A stretch of DNA of 63,475 nt, filler included, from Octopus bimaculoides (lineage: Eukaryota), in assembly GCF_001194135.2 (NCBI RefSeq). It is 7 parts of 7 records of this genome, joined end to end, with 100 filler letters (N's around TTAATTAATTAA, not from the genome) between each part and the next. Parts side by side here need not be neighbours in the genome. Positions count along the whole stretch, not along the records: positions 33,339 to 40,633 come from NC_068995.1; positions 40,734 to 46,997 come from NC_068982.1; positions 47,098 to 53,809 come from NC_069005.1; 4 more parts are not named here. One strand, 5' to 3'. The notes beneath the pieces were generated by a model. The model made no database searches. It was given only the letters and a program-made list of their open reading frames with translations, and was not told the origin of the DNA. Position 1 is the stretch's first letter. Each line of letters opens with the position of its first letter. The translations under genes were made by a program, and so were the position numbers. This document shows positions 38,382 to 51,664 of the stretch, in pieces.

Positions 38382-40588
38382 TTATTAACTCGAACACTCG
38401 GTTGAAAACTATGGTTGACTGGAACCCTCCAATGGGTGTAAACAGTGCATTACTCAGGACAAATCACATGGGAACGCTTTATTGCATTAACGTACAGAGA
38501 ACCAGTGACAAGTGTTGAGTTCATGGTAAGATAAGCCATTCTCTGTCTCTCTCTGTCTCTCTCTGTCTCTCTCTCTCTTTGCATTTCCCCTTTTCCTTCT
38601 TTCTAGTTTCCGCCCCAATCTTTTGCTTGTTTTCTTTTTGCTCTCTTTATTCACTTTCAAAATTTTTGATTTCAATTAAACTTTTTTTATATTTTTGGTA
38701 ATTATACTTCTTCTCATTGGCTTTTGTGTCTCACTCGATGTCTCCCTTCTCACTTTTATTTTTCTGAAGCAAATCTTTTCCTTCTATTTCCCTTTCAACA
38801 TTTATAAAATGCCTTGCTCTCTATCCAACACTTAACAGTAGCTTTTCTGTAACTCAATGCAGTAAAGTGATCCTGGTGATCCCCAGAATGGGGAAACGTA
38901 CGTACGAACTAATAATACTGGCATGCGTTTATCGTAATTTCTCCTACATTTGCTCAACATTTCAATACTAGTAAAAATACTTTGCATAGGGATTACTTAT
39001 CGACTGGGCTTAAAGGAGGCTAATATAATAATCTACAGTACATGGCACCCTGAATCCTCCTGCTCTTACTTTCCATTCTTACTTTGAAAATAAAAGAATT
39101 GAGAATTGCAATGGCGATCGCTGATTTCTAAATTTTTCACTGTTGGAGTGGAGTTTGAACAAATTCATAAATTTTCAAAATTTCTTTTCCCCTATTATTT
39201 GCAAGGATGTAGTGAGAAAAATAAATGTAAATATACACGTGAAAACGGAGAAAATTTAATTAAATTATGTGGGTGTGCTATTTAGAAAATCCGCGAAAGC
39301 ATTCTGTTGTTAAAATCATCGGACTGCGATGTATGTATGTGTGTGTGTGTGTGTGTGTGTGTATGCGTGTGTGTGCGTGTGTGCGCTCGTGTNNNNNNNN
39401 NNNNNNNNNNNNNNNNNNNNNNNNNNNNNNNNNNNNNNNNNNNNNNNNNNNNNNNNNNNNNNNNNNNNNNNNNNNNNNNNNNNNNNNNNNNNNNNNNNNN
39501 NNNNNNNNNNNNNNNNNNNNNNNNNNNNNNNNNNNNNNNNNNNNNNNNNNNNNNNNNNNNNNNNNNNNNNNNNNNNNNNNNNNNNNNNNNNNNNNNNNNN
39601 NNNNNNNNNNNNNNNNNNNNNNNNNNNNNNNNNNNNNNNNNNNNNNNNNNNNNNNNNNNNNNNNNNNNNNNNNNNNNNNNNNNNNNNNNNNNNNNNNNNN
39701 NNNNNNNNNNNNNNNNNNNNNNNNNNNNNNNNNNNNNNNNNNNNNNNNNNNNNNNNNNNNNNNNNNNNNNNNNNNNNNNNNNNNNNNNNNNNNNNNNNNN
39801 NNNNNNNNNNNNNNNNNNNNNNNNNNNNNNNNNNNNNNNNNNNNNNNNNNNNNNNNNNNNNNNNNNNNNNNNNNNNNNNNNNNNNNNNNNNNNNNNNNNN
39901 NNNNNNNNNNNNNNNNNNNNNNNNNNNNNNNNNNNNNNNNNNNNNNNNNNNNNNNNNNNNNNNNNNNNNNNNNNNNNNNNNNNNNNNNNNNNNNNNNNNN
40001 NNNNNNNNNNNNNNNNNNNNNNNNNNNNNNNNTATATATATATATATATATCTTCTGTATTTTGGCTTGCATGTTTTGACCTTTTTCTTGCGTAATGTTT
40101 AATGGAATATTAACGGAAACCTGTTTAAAACAGCTTTCGTTTTCATTAAATTTATTGTATATTCTTTTCATTTGTCTTTCCCACATAACAGTTGACCTTT
40201 TACGACGAGAGTTAAAAAATGAAAATCATAAATACGTCGGTAAATATGCATGTGTTCTTTTGCACGCATACGTACATATGCAAAAATTATATTTGCGTCT
40301 ATATTTTACGCACATATGCATCCGATGTATAATATATATGAATGTATTTATGTATAACTATCGTCAAGTTTTATGTGTTGCCAAACAGAGACACACATAA
40401 GCAGACATACACAAATGAATACACTGATATACACACATGTGTGCATACATGCATGCGTAAACATATGTGGGCATATATTATATGGTTGTGTGTGTGTGTA
40501 TAACTAAATATCTCTCTTATGTCTCTCATTCTTAATATATATATATATAAAATTTACACAGGCACATGCGTTCATACATACATATATG

Positions 40589-40633
<45 letters not shown>

Positions 40634-40733
40634 NNNNNNNNNNNNNNNNNNNNNNNNNNNNNNNNNNNNNNNNNNNNTTAATTAATTAANNNNNNNNNNN
40701 NNNNNNNNNNNNNNNNNNNNNNNNNNNNNNNNN

Positions 40734-40771
<38 letters not shown>

Positions 40772-42772
40772 GCAATAATAATAAGATGATTATTACGAAA
40801 TAGCATAGCATTGCCTTTAATTCTTTTTATATATATACAGCTTTACATAGATCTATACATGTTTTAACTGCACTGATTAGTAACCGTTGCAATTGCGACC
40901 TCATTATAATACCGGTGCAGTTTCTTCGGGGTTTTTACTTAATATCCTTTGATTTAACTATTTAAAGTTTTTTGTTTATCTATTCTGCGTTGTATGACGT
41001 AGAGTTGCTCGTTATGTTAGACGCGAACTATCTTCAGTTCAAGTTTTGATTGAATAATCATAAATAGTACGTTATTTCAAAACATTTTGTTGTTTAACGT
41101 TTATTATTCATTTATACAGGAACAAGTTTTGATCTGCTCGCACATAAGGAAATTCATATTTGCCCATAATAAACTTCAGAATGTTTTGAAATATTCTTGA
41201 AGCCTAAATATGAGATGTTTTGTCGACGCAGTCTCTACGACGCAGACGTCATCTCCAGCAAGCTATCCTTAAAATAGTTTGTAAACACTATATATAAGTT
41301 ACTTCAGGCATATAAAAAAAAATGCAAAACATTATCGAATTGCGTATGAAAGTTGCAAGTACGTGATATTGATTTTGATAACAAATTAATCTAAGCGGAT
41401 GATATAAAAATTAAACAATGAAGCTGAAAAATGTCTCATACACAAAAAGAAAAACGAAAAAAAAATTAGCAATTCTGTGGGTAGCAACTACCACATTGAA
41501 AGACTCCCCTTAGAACACTCTAAGTTCATATCCTCATAAGCTTATACCTTTACAGATCTATTACAGATGTTATTGTATAAGTTCACACCCGTTATTAACT
41601 TTATACACAATATTTATATCTTTCTCTTCTAACTTTGCTCCATTATTTCTCAACCACTTCGATATATTTCGTGCAACTATATACTTTTAAACAGTGCTCA
41701 CTTTACTTCAACTAAATATTTCTGTTTTTCCTATAATTTGCATACTTTCTACTTCATTATTAGTAACGTTTTGCTTCCATATATATCTATTTTCATACAT
41801 CATTTTTATATGTCAGAAGAAATAAGCCATATCTAACAGGATTTATGTGAAATGATCTGTGCCTCTTGCGACATTTTTTGACCCAGCACGCAGGACCACA
41901 ATTTTCTTCATATACGTCTGCTTCTTTATTTATTTATTTATTCATTTATTTAAGAGAGACAAACAGACACACACACATACATAGATGTGTATATATNNNN
42001 NNNNNNNNNNNNNNNNNNNNNNNNNNNNNNNNNNNNNNNNNNNNNNNNNNNNNNNNNNNNNNNNNNNNNNNNNNNNNNNNNNNNNNNNNNNNNNNNNNNN
42101 NNNNNNNNNNNNNNNNNNNNNNNNNNNNNNNNNNNNNNNNNNNNNNNNNNNNNNNNNNNNNNNNNNNNNNNNNNNNNNNNNNNNNNNNNNNNNNNNNNNN
42201 NNNNNNNNNNNNNNNNNNNNNNNNNNNNNNNNNNNNNNNNNNNNNNNNNNNNNNNNNNNNNNNNNNNNNNNNNNNNNNNNNNNNNNNNNNNNNNNNNNNN
42301 NNNNNNNNNNNNNNNAAATTTATTACTTATCAAATATAATAACATAAATTGCTTATACATGTTTTCTTAAGCTGCGAAACAATTGTCGTTAAATTAGTAT
42401 ATCCAATGGTTAAATATATTTTTTAAATAGTATATTTCTCTCATATATATTTCAAGAAAAGAGCTGCCTATATTGTGTAGTGCATATAATCTTAAATTAT
42501 ATATATATATATATATATATGCATGTATGTATGCTTGTATGTATGTATGTATGTTTGTATGTATGTATGCAAATATATGCACACATATGTATGTATGCAT
42601 GTATGTATGTATGGATTGGTGGATGGATGCATAGATGATGTATATATGTATGTATTCATATATGTGCGTGTGTGTATGCAGACGTTAGCATATGTATTAA
42701 CACGTACGCTGAAGCATGCACAAAAACAGCTATACGAATGACTAACATGCTCATATATGGGCAGACACACTA

Positions 42773-42803
<31 letters not shown>

Positions 42804-42972
42804 TACACTTGCACAAGAGATACACAATTATGCATAGATTCAATCATACACAAGTATATCCTATCGTTGCTAACATACATCTTTGCGTACACGTATCCAA
42901 AGATATATGCATACATGCATGTATACATTCGCCCGTATGAGCAAAATTATGCATATACATACATATTTACAT

Positions 42973-43028
<56 letters not shown>

Positions 43029-43250
43029 NNNNNNNNNNNNNNNNNNNNNNNNNNNNNNNNNNNNNNNNNNNNNNNNNNNNNNNNNNNNNNNNNNNNNNNN
43101 NNNNNNNNNNNNNNNNNNNNNNNNNNNNNNNNNNNNNNNNNNNNNNNNNNNNNNNNNNNNNNNNNNNNNGTTCCCGAAGGAAATGTTCCTATTTTCACCC
43201 TGCACTGAATGCTGAACAGTGAGACACGTGTTTCATTCACAACGGAAATC

Positions 43251-43382
43251 ATGGCGGCTTTTATTTCTCTTCTTCTTCTTTATATTATTATATTTGGAAA
43301 GTGTTCTGTCTTCACAGTGGCGGTCGATGGGCGTCGTACGATAGCTAAACGCAAAATGTTCCACCATCGTCGTAGGTTCATG
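43251..43382 (+). CDS. Candidate first coding exon of a secreted protein or peptide
   Basis: aaatcATGG start context. MAAFISLLLLYIIIFGKCSVFTVAVDG is signal-peptide-like and is followed by RRTIAKRKMFHHRRRFM. Phase-0 donor ATG|GTAAAT. The sequence is non-repetitive and lies between microsatellites. Confidence 0.45.
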
Positions 43383-43719
43383 GTAAATTATCATACGCGA
43401 GGTGTCGATAGATTTCCAATGGTACAAATACACATGTATGTATGTCTGTATGTATGAATGTATGTATGTATGCATGTTTGTATGTATGTATGTATGCATA
43501 CATGCATCCATGTATGTATGTATGTATGTATCTACGTATGTATGCATGTATGCTTCTATGTATGTATGTATGTATGTTTGTATGTATGTGTGTATGTATG
43601 TATGCTTGTATGCATGCATATATGTATGCGTATATAAGTTCTGCATATGTCTATACATATGTTCGTACATAAGTATACATGTATGTATGGATTGATGGAT
43701 GAATGCATGGATGGATGTC

Positions 43720-43757
<38 letters not shown>

Positions 43758-44050
43758 CGCGCGTACGTGTGTGTGTGTGTGTATACGTGCGTACGTGTGT
43801 GTGTGTGTGTGTGTGTACGAGCGTACGTGTGTGTGTATATATATGTCTGTACGTGTGTGTGAGAGAGAGAGAGAGAGTGCGAGTATGCCCGAAAGGTGCT
43901 CACAGAGGAGCATTATTCCTTCTGTTTCTCCTGCTCCTTCCTCATCTAGGAATTAAATCAGAGCAGAACCAATATTCTTTATAACTGGTTATATTGGTCC
44001 AACTGATTTTTGCCAAAGCTGGACAAAGTCCAGTCTCATCACATTCTAAA

Positions 44051-44580
44051 GTTCGTTGTCGTCGTCGTCGTTGTTATGTATCATACTCTTGTGACGCGTT
44101 GATGACTCTACAACGAAAGCGTTACCGATCAAGTGCGCGCTCTCCAGCCGTCTTGCTATTTTTGTCTAACCAGTTTGTGATATTGTCCAACCATTCTTTT
44201 CCTACCTTTTGATCTACCCTCTATCCTCCCTTCCATGATAATTTCTTCCAGACTTCTGCTTCGAATGTGACCACAATAGGTGAGCCTGTGTTCTTTTACA
44301 ATGTTCACGAGTTGTCATCTCTCACCTACTTGTTGTGGCATCCCTCCGTTCGTCCGATGACCCTTGTAAGAAACTCGTACCATCTCCTATGCACCCATAT
44401 TTCAAACGCATTGATTATGTTCTTTTCAGATCAGTTCAGAGTTTATACTTCACAACCATAAATGCCTAATGGCCGAATGAGCGTTCGCAGTATCCTTTAC
44501 TTGAACTTAATTGACACACTTTTGCTATTCCTGATGTTGTTAAGCTCTTCCTTCCGTGAACGTGCACAACTCTTCAGTAA
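44051..44580 (-). mobile_element. RTE-clade LINE 3' fragment
   Basis: RILRTLIRPLGIYGCEV*TL..INAFEIWVHRR..TN..RLTYCGHI..EGRIEG..WLDNITNW, then a (GAC)n tail. Confidence 0.85.
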
Positions 44581-45984
44581 TATATGTTATGGATATAGTT
44601 ACAAGTTTCCACAATATTTGTTATAACTGTACAGATATAGATATGACTTACCACAATTTCCAGTACTGCATGGTTCATAGTGACGAATATCGCTGTTGAT
44701 TAGTAACTTAATTATGTGAGTGGTGATTATTTTTGCTAATTGAAACTAGGTGCCCTACTTTTCAGGTTTTAGCCTGCACATTGACTTAGATCTCATTTGT
44801 CCTTAACATTAGAACAAAGGACGTTTCACTCAATTATTCTCTTTAGTTACTCATTCATAGGTTTTTATCGTGAAAGTTCATTTTTTTTAGTGGCTGTGTG
44901 TATGTTTGTAGGTGCATAGCCTATTGGTTAGATGGTTGAGTTCACAATCATAAGAGCGTGATTTCGATTCCTGGACTGGACTGAAAGGTATGTTATGTTT
45001 TTGTTTAAAGCGCTTCACTTTAAGTTGCTCTAGTGTACTCAGCTGAAAACGAGTACCAGCTGAGTACTGATACACTATTCTCTCCCTCGAACTTTCACAC
45101 TCTGAATGTTCTGTTGTGTCAATGCTTGGGAGGGCAAAGACTGATATGATATCTTCGTCCGATCACGACTACACAGGCACCTAAAATAATTAGTGAAAGT
45201 GTGGAACAAGCTACCTATTCATACTGGTTTGCCAGTGACGAATAGTTTCATGCATGTGTGTGTGTGTGTGTGTGTGTGTAACTATGCTCCCTACAAGCAG
45301 CACACCACTGATGTTATCATCACCACTATATATACTCTCATCCTCAACACCCACGCTACATATACCACAAACATGAATGATACTACTACTACTTCCACCG
45401 AAGCCACCACCACCCCACCTCCTACCACTTCTACCGTTATTATCACCGAATCTCGCACAATTAACGCCAGACGAGCCCNNNNNNNNNNNNNNNNNNNNNN
45501 NNNNNNNNNNNNNNNNNNNNNNNNNNNNNNNNNNNNNNNNNNNNNNNNNNNNNNNNNNNNNNNNNNNNNNNNNNNNNNNNNNNNNNNNNNNNNNNNNNNN
45601 NNNNNNNNNNNNNNNNNNNNNNNNNNNNNNNNNNNNNNNNNNNNNNNNNNNNNNNNNNNNNNNNNNNNNNNNNNNNNNNNNNNNNNNNNNNNNNNNNNNN
45701 NNNNNNNNNNNNNNNNNNNNNNNNNNNNNNNNNNNNNNNNNNNNNNNNNNNNNNNNNNATATATATATATATATATATATATATAAATTCTGTTTAATCC
45801 TATATATATGTATGTATATGTATGTGTGTGTTGCGTGTGTGTATGTGTGCATGTGTGCGCGCATGTGTGCGTGCATATGTATGTGTTTGTGTTTAAATCC
45901 CACCATCGCTTGACTACCTGAGTTCGTTTGTTTGCGTCACTGTAATTTAGCGATTCGACAAATGTGATACATAGGATAAGTATC

Positions 45985-46275
45985 GGGTCAATATGATTGT
46001 ATAAAACGCTTTCAAGGCGGTGCCCCAGCATGGCCACTTTCCGAGACCAAAGTGTCAGTCTCCGTACTGACGTTATTAACGTCATCATTATCGGCTCCAG
46101 CAGAAGCACCACCACCACCACTACTCTACAATCACTACAAGACCAGCAAGCCCGCCATGACAACCACCACCAACACTACCACCAACGCCACCGAGAACAC
46201 CACCACCAACAACAACAACAACAACAACAACAACACCGTTCTACACCACCAACAACGACACCATCAGCGACACCA
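45985..46275. repeat. Degenerate (CAC/CAA/CAT)n low-complexity tract (also 45300-45478, 46665-46915, 54410-54660)
   Basis: Directly visible trinucleotide runs. Confidence 0.85.
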
Positions 46276-47174
46276 TCAGACAAAATACGAAGCTCGTCAT
46301 AGAAAAAATAGTACCTGGGCCGGCGTTAGGATGTGCGGGGCCAATTTGACAATTGTCGGTAGGGGCCCTGCACTCTACAAAAGCTGAAGATTGATGTCTT
46401 ATGCCTCATGTAGTATGCCGGTCCCGGCCAAAAAGCGTTGAGAGATCGAGGTTTCACGATTTGCCACAACTAAAAATTCGAGTCCTCTGCTCGAGCGTGC
46501 GCGCGGAGCCCACTCTTCGCCCGGTGTCTAGTTCGAACAAATCTGTCTATTTGACTTAAAACTGGCCCGAATGGAGCAAACTACTGACTTAACGAAAGAA
46601 CATACTGACTGATGGAGTGGTCACAGTTAGAACGTCTTTGTTCAAAATTTGATCCTGGACTAAAATGAAAAATTTTATTACCACATTCATACTACATCAC
46701 ACCCTTAACAGCATTCACAATAATTTATTCACCACCATCATGACTTGCACCATCACCGCCACCAACACATTCATCACAACCACCATCACCACCGGTACCA
46801 CTACCCATCGCCAGCACCACCTTCATTACCACCACCGCTATTACAACCACCACCATCACCACCAAAACAACCATCATCACCAGCATCACTATCACCCCAG
46901 CATCACCCCGTCACCCACATTTGTAGTTCAATACACATGAACACGTATTGTTCTGATGTGTGTGTGTGTGTATATAGATATAAATAAATATATATATNNN
47001 NNNNNNNNNNNNNNNNNNNNNNNNNNNNNNNNNNNNNNNNNTTAATTAATTAANNNNNNNNNNNNNNNNNNNNNNNNNNNNNNNNNNNNNNNNNNNNCCT
47101 CCCCCGGGTGCGCTCCTGTAAATATTATTGACAGTGACGACGGTTTAACTAACCGAAACTTCGTAGTTACTCTC

Positions 47175-47470
47175 AGGAGTGGCTGTGTGGTAAGTAGCTT
47201 GCTTACCAACCATATGGTTCTGGGTTCAGTCCCACTGCATGACAACTGTGGAAAGTGTCTTCTACTATAGCCTCGGGCCGACCAAAGCCTTGTGAGTGGA
47301 TTTGGTAGACGGAAACTGAAAGAAGCCTGTCATATATATATATATATATGTTTGTGTGTCTGTGTTTGTCCCTCCAACATCGCTTGACAGCCGATGCTGG
47401 TGTGTTTACGTCTCCGTAACTTAGCGGTTCGGCAAAAGAGACGGATAAACTAAGTACTAGGCTTACAAGG
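47175..47470 (+). mobile_element. SINE (internal-microsatellite family)
   Basis: caggagtggctgtgtggtaagtagc..gcctcgggccgaccaaagccttgtgagtggatttggtagacggaaactgaaagaagcc. Confidence 0.9.
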
Positions 47471-47592
47471 TTTGTTAGTGTTCACAAATTTGTGAGGAAG
47501 CAACAAAAATGCTTACGAGAAAAAGAGAAACGCGCTCACACGTGTGTATGATACTATAAACGTCTGTTTTGGTAGATTAATATTAATATATT

Positions 47593-48930
47593 TGTAAGGG
47601 ACGACCGTGCGAACTCATAAAAGGAGAAATGGTGACGAATGGAAAAACAGAGGACTCCTTTTATTTAAACGCGTCACACGGTCGAACATACAATAGATAT
47701 ATCAAATGATGTTATGGATGATATGTTATGCGACGATAACATAGATGACCAGTAATGAAAGACCACAACCGTATTAGATGAATAACAGAGATATTTATTG
47801 TAGTGTAAAAGATGTATGTCTGTGTGAGAGTGTGAATGCGACATATAAGAACATAATCAAAGACAGGCCGTCATGCAAAGAAAAGTGTGTATGTGAGTGA
47901 TACATGTGTGTGTATGTGAATTATTACAGCAAATAGAAAGAGAGTCAGTAAATGACACGTGAGCNNNNNNNNNNNNNNNNNNNNNNNNNNNNNNNNNNNN
48001 NNNNNNNNNNNNNNNNNNNNNNNNNNNNNNNNNNNNNNNNNNNNNNNNNNNNNNNNNNNNNNNNNNNNNNNNNNNNNNNNNNNNNNNNNNNNNNNNNNNN
48101 NNNNNNNNNNNNNNNNNNNNNNNNNNNNNNNNNNNNNNNNNNNNNNNNNNNNNNNNNNNNNNNNNNNNNNNNNNNNNNNNNNNNNNNNNNNNNNNNNNNN
48201 NNNNNNNNNNNNNNNNNNNNNNNNNNNNNNNNNNNNNNNNNNNNNNNNNNNNNNNNNNNNNNNNNNNNNNNNNNNNNNNNNNNNNNNNNNNNNNNNNNNN
48301 NNNNNNNNNNNNNNNNNNNNNNNNNNNNNNNNNNNNNNNNNNNNNNNNNNNNNNNNNNNNNNNNNNNNNNNNNNNNNNNNNNNNNNNNNNNNNNNNNNNN
48401 NNNNNNNNNNNNNNNNNNNNNNNNNNNNNNNNNNNNNNNNNNNNNNNNNNNNNNNNNNNNNNNNNNNNNNNNNNNNNNNNNNNNNNNNNNNNNNNNNNNN
48501 NCGTGACGTTATTAGGGGCTGTGATTGGTCAGTTTGCGTTCTGGCGGGAAAGGTTCGAAGTAGTTGCCGATTCGAATAATAAGTCACGTGATGACAAGGG
48601 ATGGGTTCTCTACTACGCTCGCATTTATTTATATTTAAATGAGAAGATTGTATGTAATGGCGATAGTAGTTTGTATCTAATGGCGATAGGTAGTTTCACT
48701 ACATATTCATTGTAGAAAAGGAGGGTTTGTAGTATTTGTCTATTGTGTGTGTGTGTTACAACTTGTCCTGATAAATCTGGCTGAAAAAAAAATCTAGTCA
48801 TACATGTTTTGGTTTGTTGTAAGTCACGTTTTTGTAGTCGTTGATGATGTTTTGATGGTGGTGGTAATGTAGATCCAAGCCAAGAACACCGACGCATTCA
48901 CACACCACGCAGAGGTTCGACCTACAGACA
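47593..48930. mobile_element. Solo-LTR-like element (TG...CA), partly in an N gap
   Basis: Begins TGTAAGGGACGACCGTGCGAAC and ends ..CTACAGACA, with TATT on both sides. Homologous to the inverse of 31043-32070 (accgtgcgaac..aaaggaga..ctcctttt..cacggtc.aac). The end could alternatively be 48926. Confidence 0.65.
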
Positions 48931-49333
48931 TATTAAATATTTCGGATGAAACGTGTTCCTTTCTTTGTTTAGTTGATGAGAACGTTACATGCATCTGCGT
49001 AACCCTCGGTCAGCTGTGTCTGATAAACTCTTTGCCTATCCAAAGCATTTTCACAAATTTGTGCTAAGCATTCATGCTTGTTTTCAGACTTGGTTAGCCT
49101 TAGACGTTCTGAGTAATATAAGTCTTTCATTTCATGAGTCACAAGTTACTCTGTTGGTTGAAAAAAATTTGAAAATGTGTATCGTGTGATGCATCGACGC
49201 CAGGGAATTATGTTCTATGTATCTCATGTGATGCACAGGATAGACAAAGGGATCCGGGTTGGTTAAAATATACGATTTAAAGTTATTGAGTATTAACTGA
49301 AATACATAGAGACTCTTAATTATTAACCCTTTA

Positions 49334-50060
49334 GGATATTTTTTAAAACGGGGGCCACATTTTTCATTAATGTTTTACGTAGTGTTTTTGGTACCGAAAG
49401 ACTTTCAAACTTCGTATACTTATCTATTTTGTGTTATAGAACAGAAAAATATTTTTGTATTCGAATTTATTTCATGTAAAAAATTGTCTTATTTCGATAA
49501 TTTCAACCAATCACTGACAAGTATTCAGTTGTTTACATTTACTCCTTTGGCTCATTAAGCGATGTAAAGCGTATTTAATCTCCATACCTTCGTTTTATTT
49601 GCTTTTTTNNNNNNNNNNNNNNNNNNNNNNNNNNNNNNNNNNNNNNNNNNNNNNNNNNNNNNNNNNNNNNNNNNNNNNNNNNNNNNNNNNNNNNNNNNNN
49701 NNNNNNNNNNNNNNNNNNNNNNNNNNNNNNNNNNNNNNNNNNNNNNNNNNNNNNNNNNNNNNNNNNNNNCCTAACCCTAACCCTATGGTTAGGGTTAGGG
49801 TTAGAGTTAGGGTTAGGGTTAATTGTTTCAGAATCGTTTGTTTATGTAGTCGGCACTTAATGTATATCGGCTGAATGGACGTCAGTGATTGGTTGAAATT
49901 ACAGAAATACGACAACTTTAACATGGAATAACTTAGGGATTTCTTTTTTTTTTAAGAAGACTAAGAGAAAAAGATGTTTTATATGACACATTCTACCAGT
50001 GTTCCAAGTTTCAAAGTGTTTCGTTAATGAAAAATGTGGCCCCCGTTTTAAAAAAGATCC
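49334..50060 (-). mobile_element. GG..CC MITE with 8-bp TSD (Merlin-like) and internal telomeric palindrome
   Basis: About 37-bp TIRs GGAT(C/A)TTTTTTAAAACGGGGGCCACATTTTTCATTAA. TSD ACCCTTTA at 49326-49333 and 50061-50068. Internal (CCCTAA)n-(TTAGGG)n. Confidence 0.9.
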
Positions 50061-50147
50061 ACCCTTTACCTATACAAAGCATTTTCATATGTTAGCCCTA
50101 AACGCCCATGCTTGTTTTCAGACTTAGCCCTTGTCCTACACCTGACG

Positions 50148-50289
50148 CACTAGCGTTGCAAGAGGAGAGGGTGACAGTGGGGACGGTCCATCCCGGGGGG
50201 CACTTTTAAAGGGGCGGCATTTTTGGATCTGCTGTAAGCAATGTTTTTGTGGTGTCCGGGGGGCGGTACACACTCTAGCTTCGCTGGTG
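50148..50289. mobile_element. GC-rich hAT-like MITE
   Basis: Imperfect TIRs CACTAGCGTTGCAAGAG and CTCTAGCTTCGCTGGTG. No clean TSD. Confidence 0.45.
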
Positions 50290-51098
50290 ACAGGACAGGC
50301 AAAGGTTTGAAAAAATACTAGGCTTTAAAGCAAACTCTTCTTTTTTTCAGATAAAAACAGTAATAGCAGTTTCGCGAGCCTCTACGTCGGTGATAGCAAA
50401 TCTTGTTATGAAGGCATTTAATAACTGAATGGAGGAGGAATGCAATGTTAGTTGGGACTCAGCATGTTTCGAGCTTGTTAGGCCTCGTCAGCAAAGCAAA
50501 GTGTCATTTGTACTTAATCGAACCTAGGTACATGGCGGCAGAAAATTATAGTGACCTACAAGTCATGGAGGGAGCTTCTACGTGGTTACTTCACCTGCTA
50601 GAAATAGCAGGCAGATCTCCAAAAAACAAAAATCCCATCATCTTAAAAGAAAGAAATAACATCATGTAGTCCTAGATACTTGCAATATATATAGCTCGCA
50701 CGTACTTCTTTGCCCCTCCTGTTCGTGCTTCACAGCGTTCAATACATACACACTTCACGTCTGGCTGTACAGCCTTTTTGCTTGTTTGTTCATTCACCGT
50801 TTCGTTTTCCTGTCTCGTTTTCCGTCCGCCACTACCCTCCACGAAAATAATTTAATTTGTGTTCGTTGGAAGAACCATTTCAACGATGCGTATTGCCTTA
50901 ATTCTTCGAAACGCCGGTGTTTTAATGGTGGCAGCTGATGAAGGAGATGTTTCTATGTGACTTGCTTGTTTGTTGTACCTTGTTTATCATTTTGTCCATG
51001 TTCTTTTGCCACGTCATGTACCCAGTTATGTATCTATATGTACATGTAGATGAAGGTATGTACATACACGTACATATATATGCATATACTCATATATT

Positions 51099-51157
<59 letters not shown>

Positions 51158-51664
51158 TAAATATAATCTCAAAACAAAACGATTCTTCCACTTCAAAATT
51201 CCTCTCTCAGGGGTGGTCATGGCTGAAATGAATTTGATATATTTGTTCAATCGAGTGTGACCTGGTGTTAAACAACATAACACATCTACCCGATCACGGC
51301 TGATCTGAGGCACTACAAAATCCACAATAACAGCAAATTCGTTTGTTTCATCTGATATTCTCTCTCTCTCTCTCTCTTCCCTTTCCTTTCTCCCCACCCC
51401 GTCTTATTAAATATTCATTGTGTCACGTTGACAAACTATCTCACCCATTCTTACTCCATTGTACTCATATCTGGAGCTGTTTCTAACAATCATACTTTCA
51501 TTTGATTTAGAATAAGAAAACAAATGCCAAGAAATTTCTCGGTCTACGGCCGTTGTCTTCTGACACTTGATCTTCGTCTGCATATTGAAGCGTGCGCGGG
51601 CGTGTACACAAACATATATACATATGTATATACACAAATACGTTTACATATATGTGTGTGTGTA

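Noticed and set aside
42394-43956. MYVC/HTHT/YIYI-type ORFs
   Set aside because: Translations of (TATG)n, (CA)n and (TA)n microsatellites.
45997-46940. His/Gln/Thr-rich ORFs (also 54161-54541)
   Set aside because: Degenerate CAC/CAA/CAT trinucleotide tracts with no splice or domain support.
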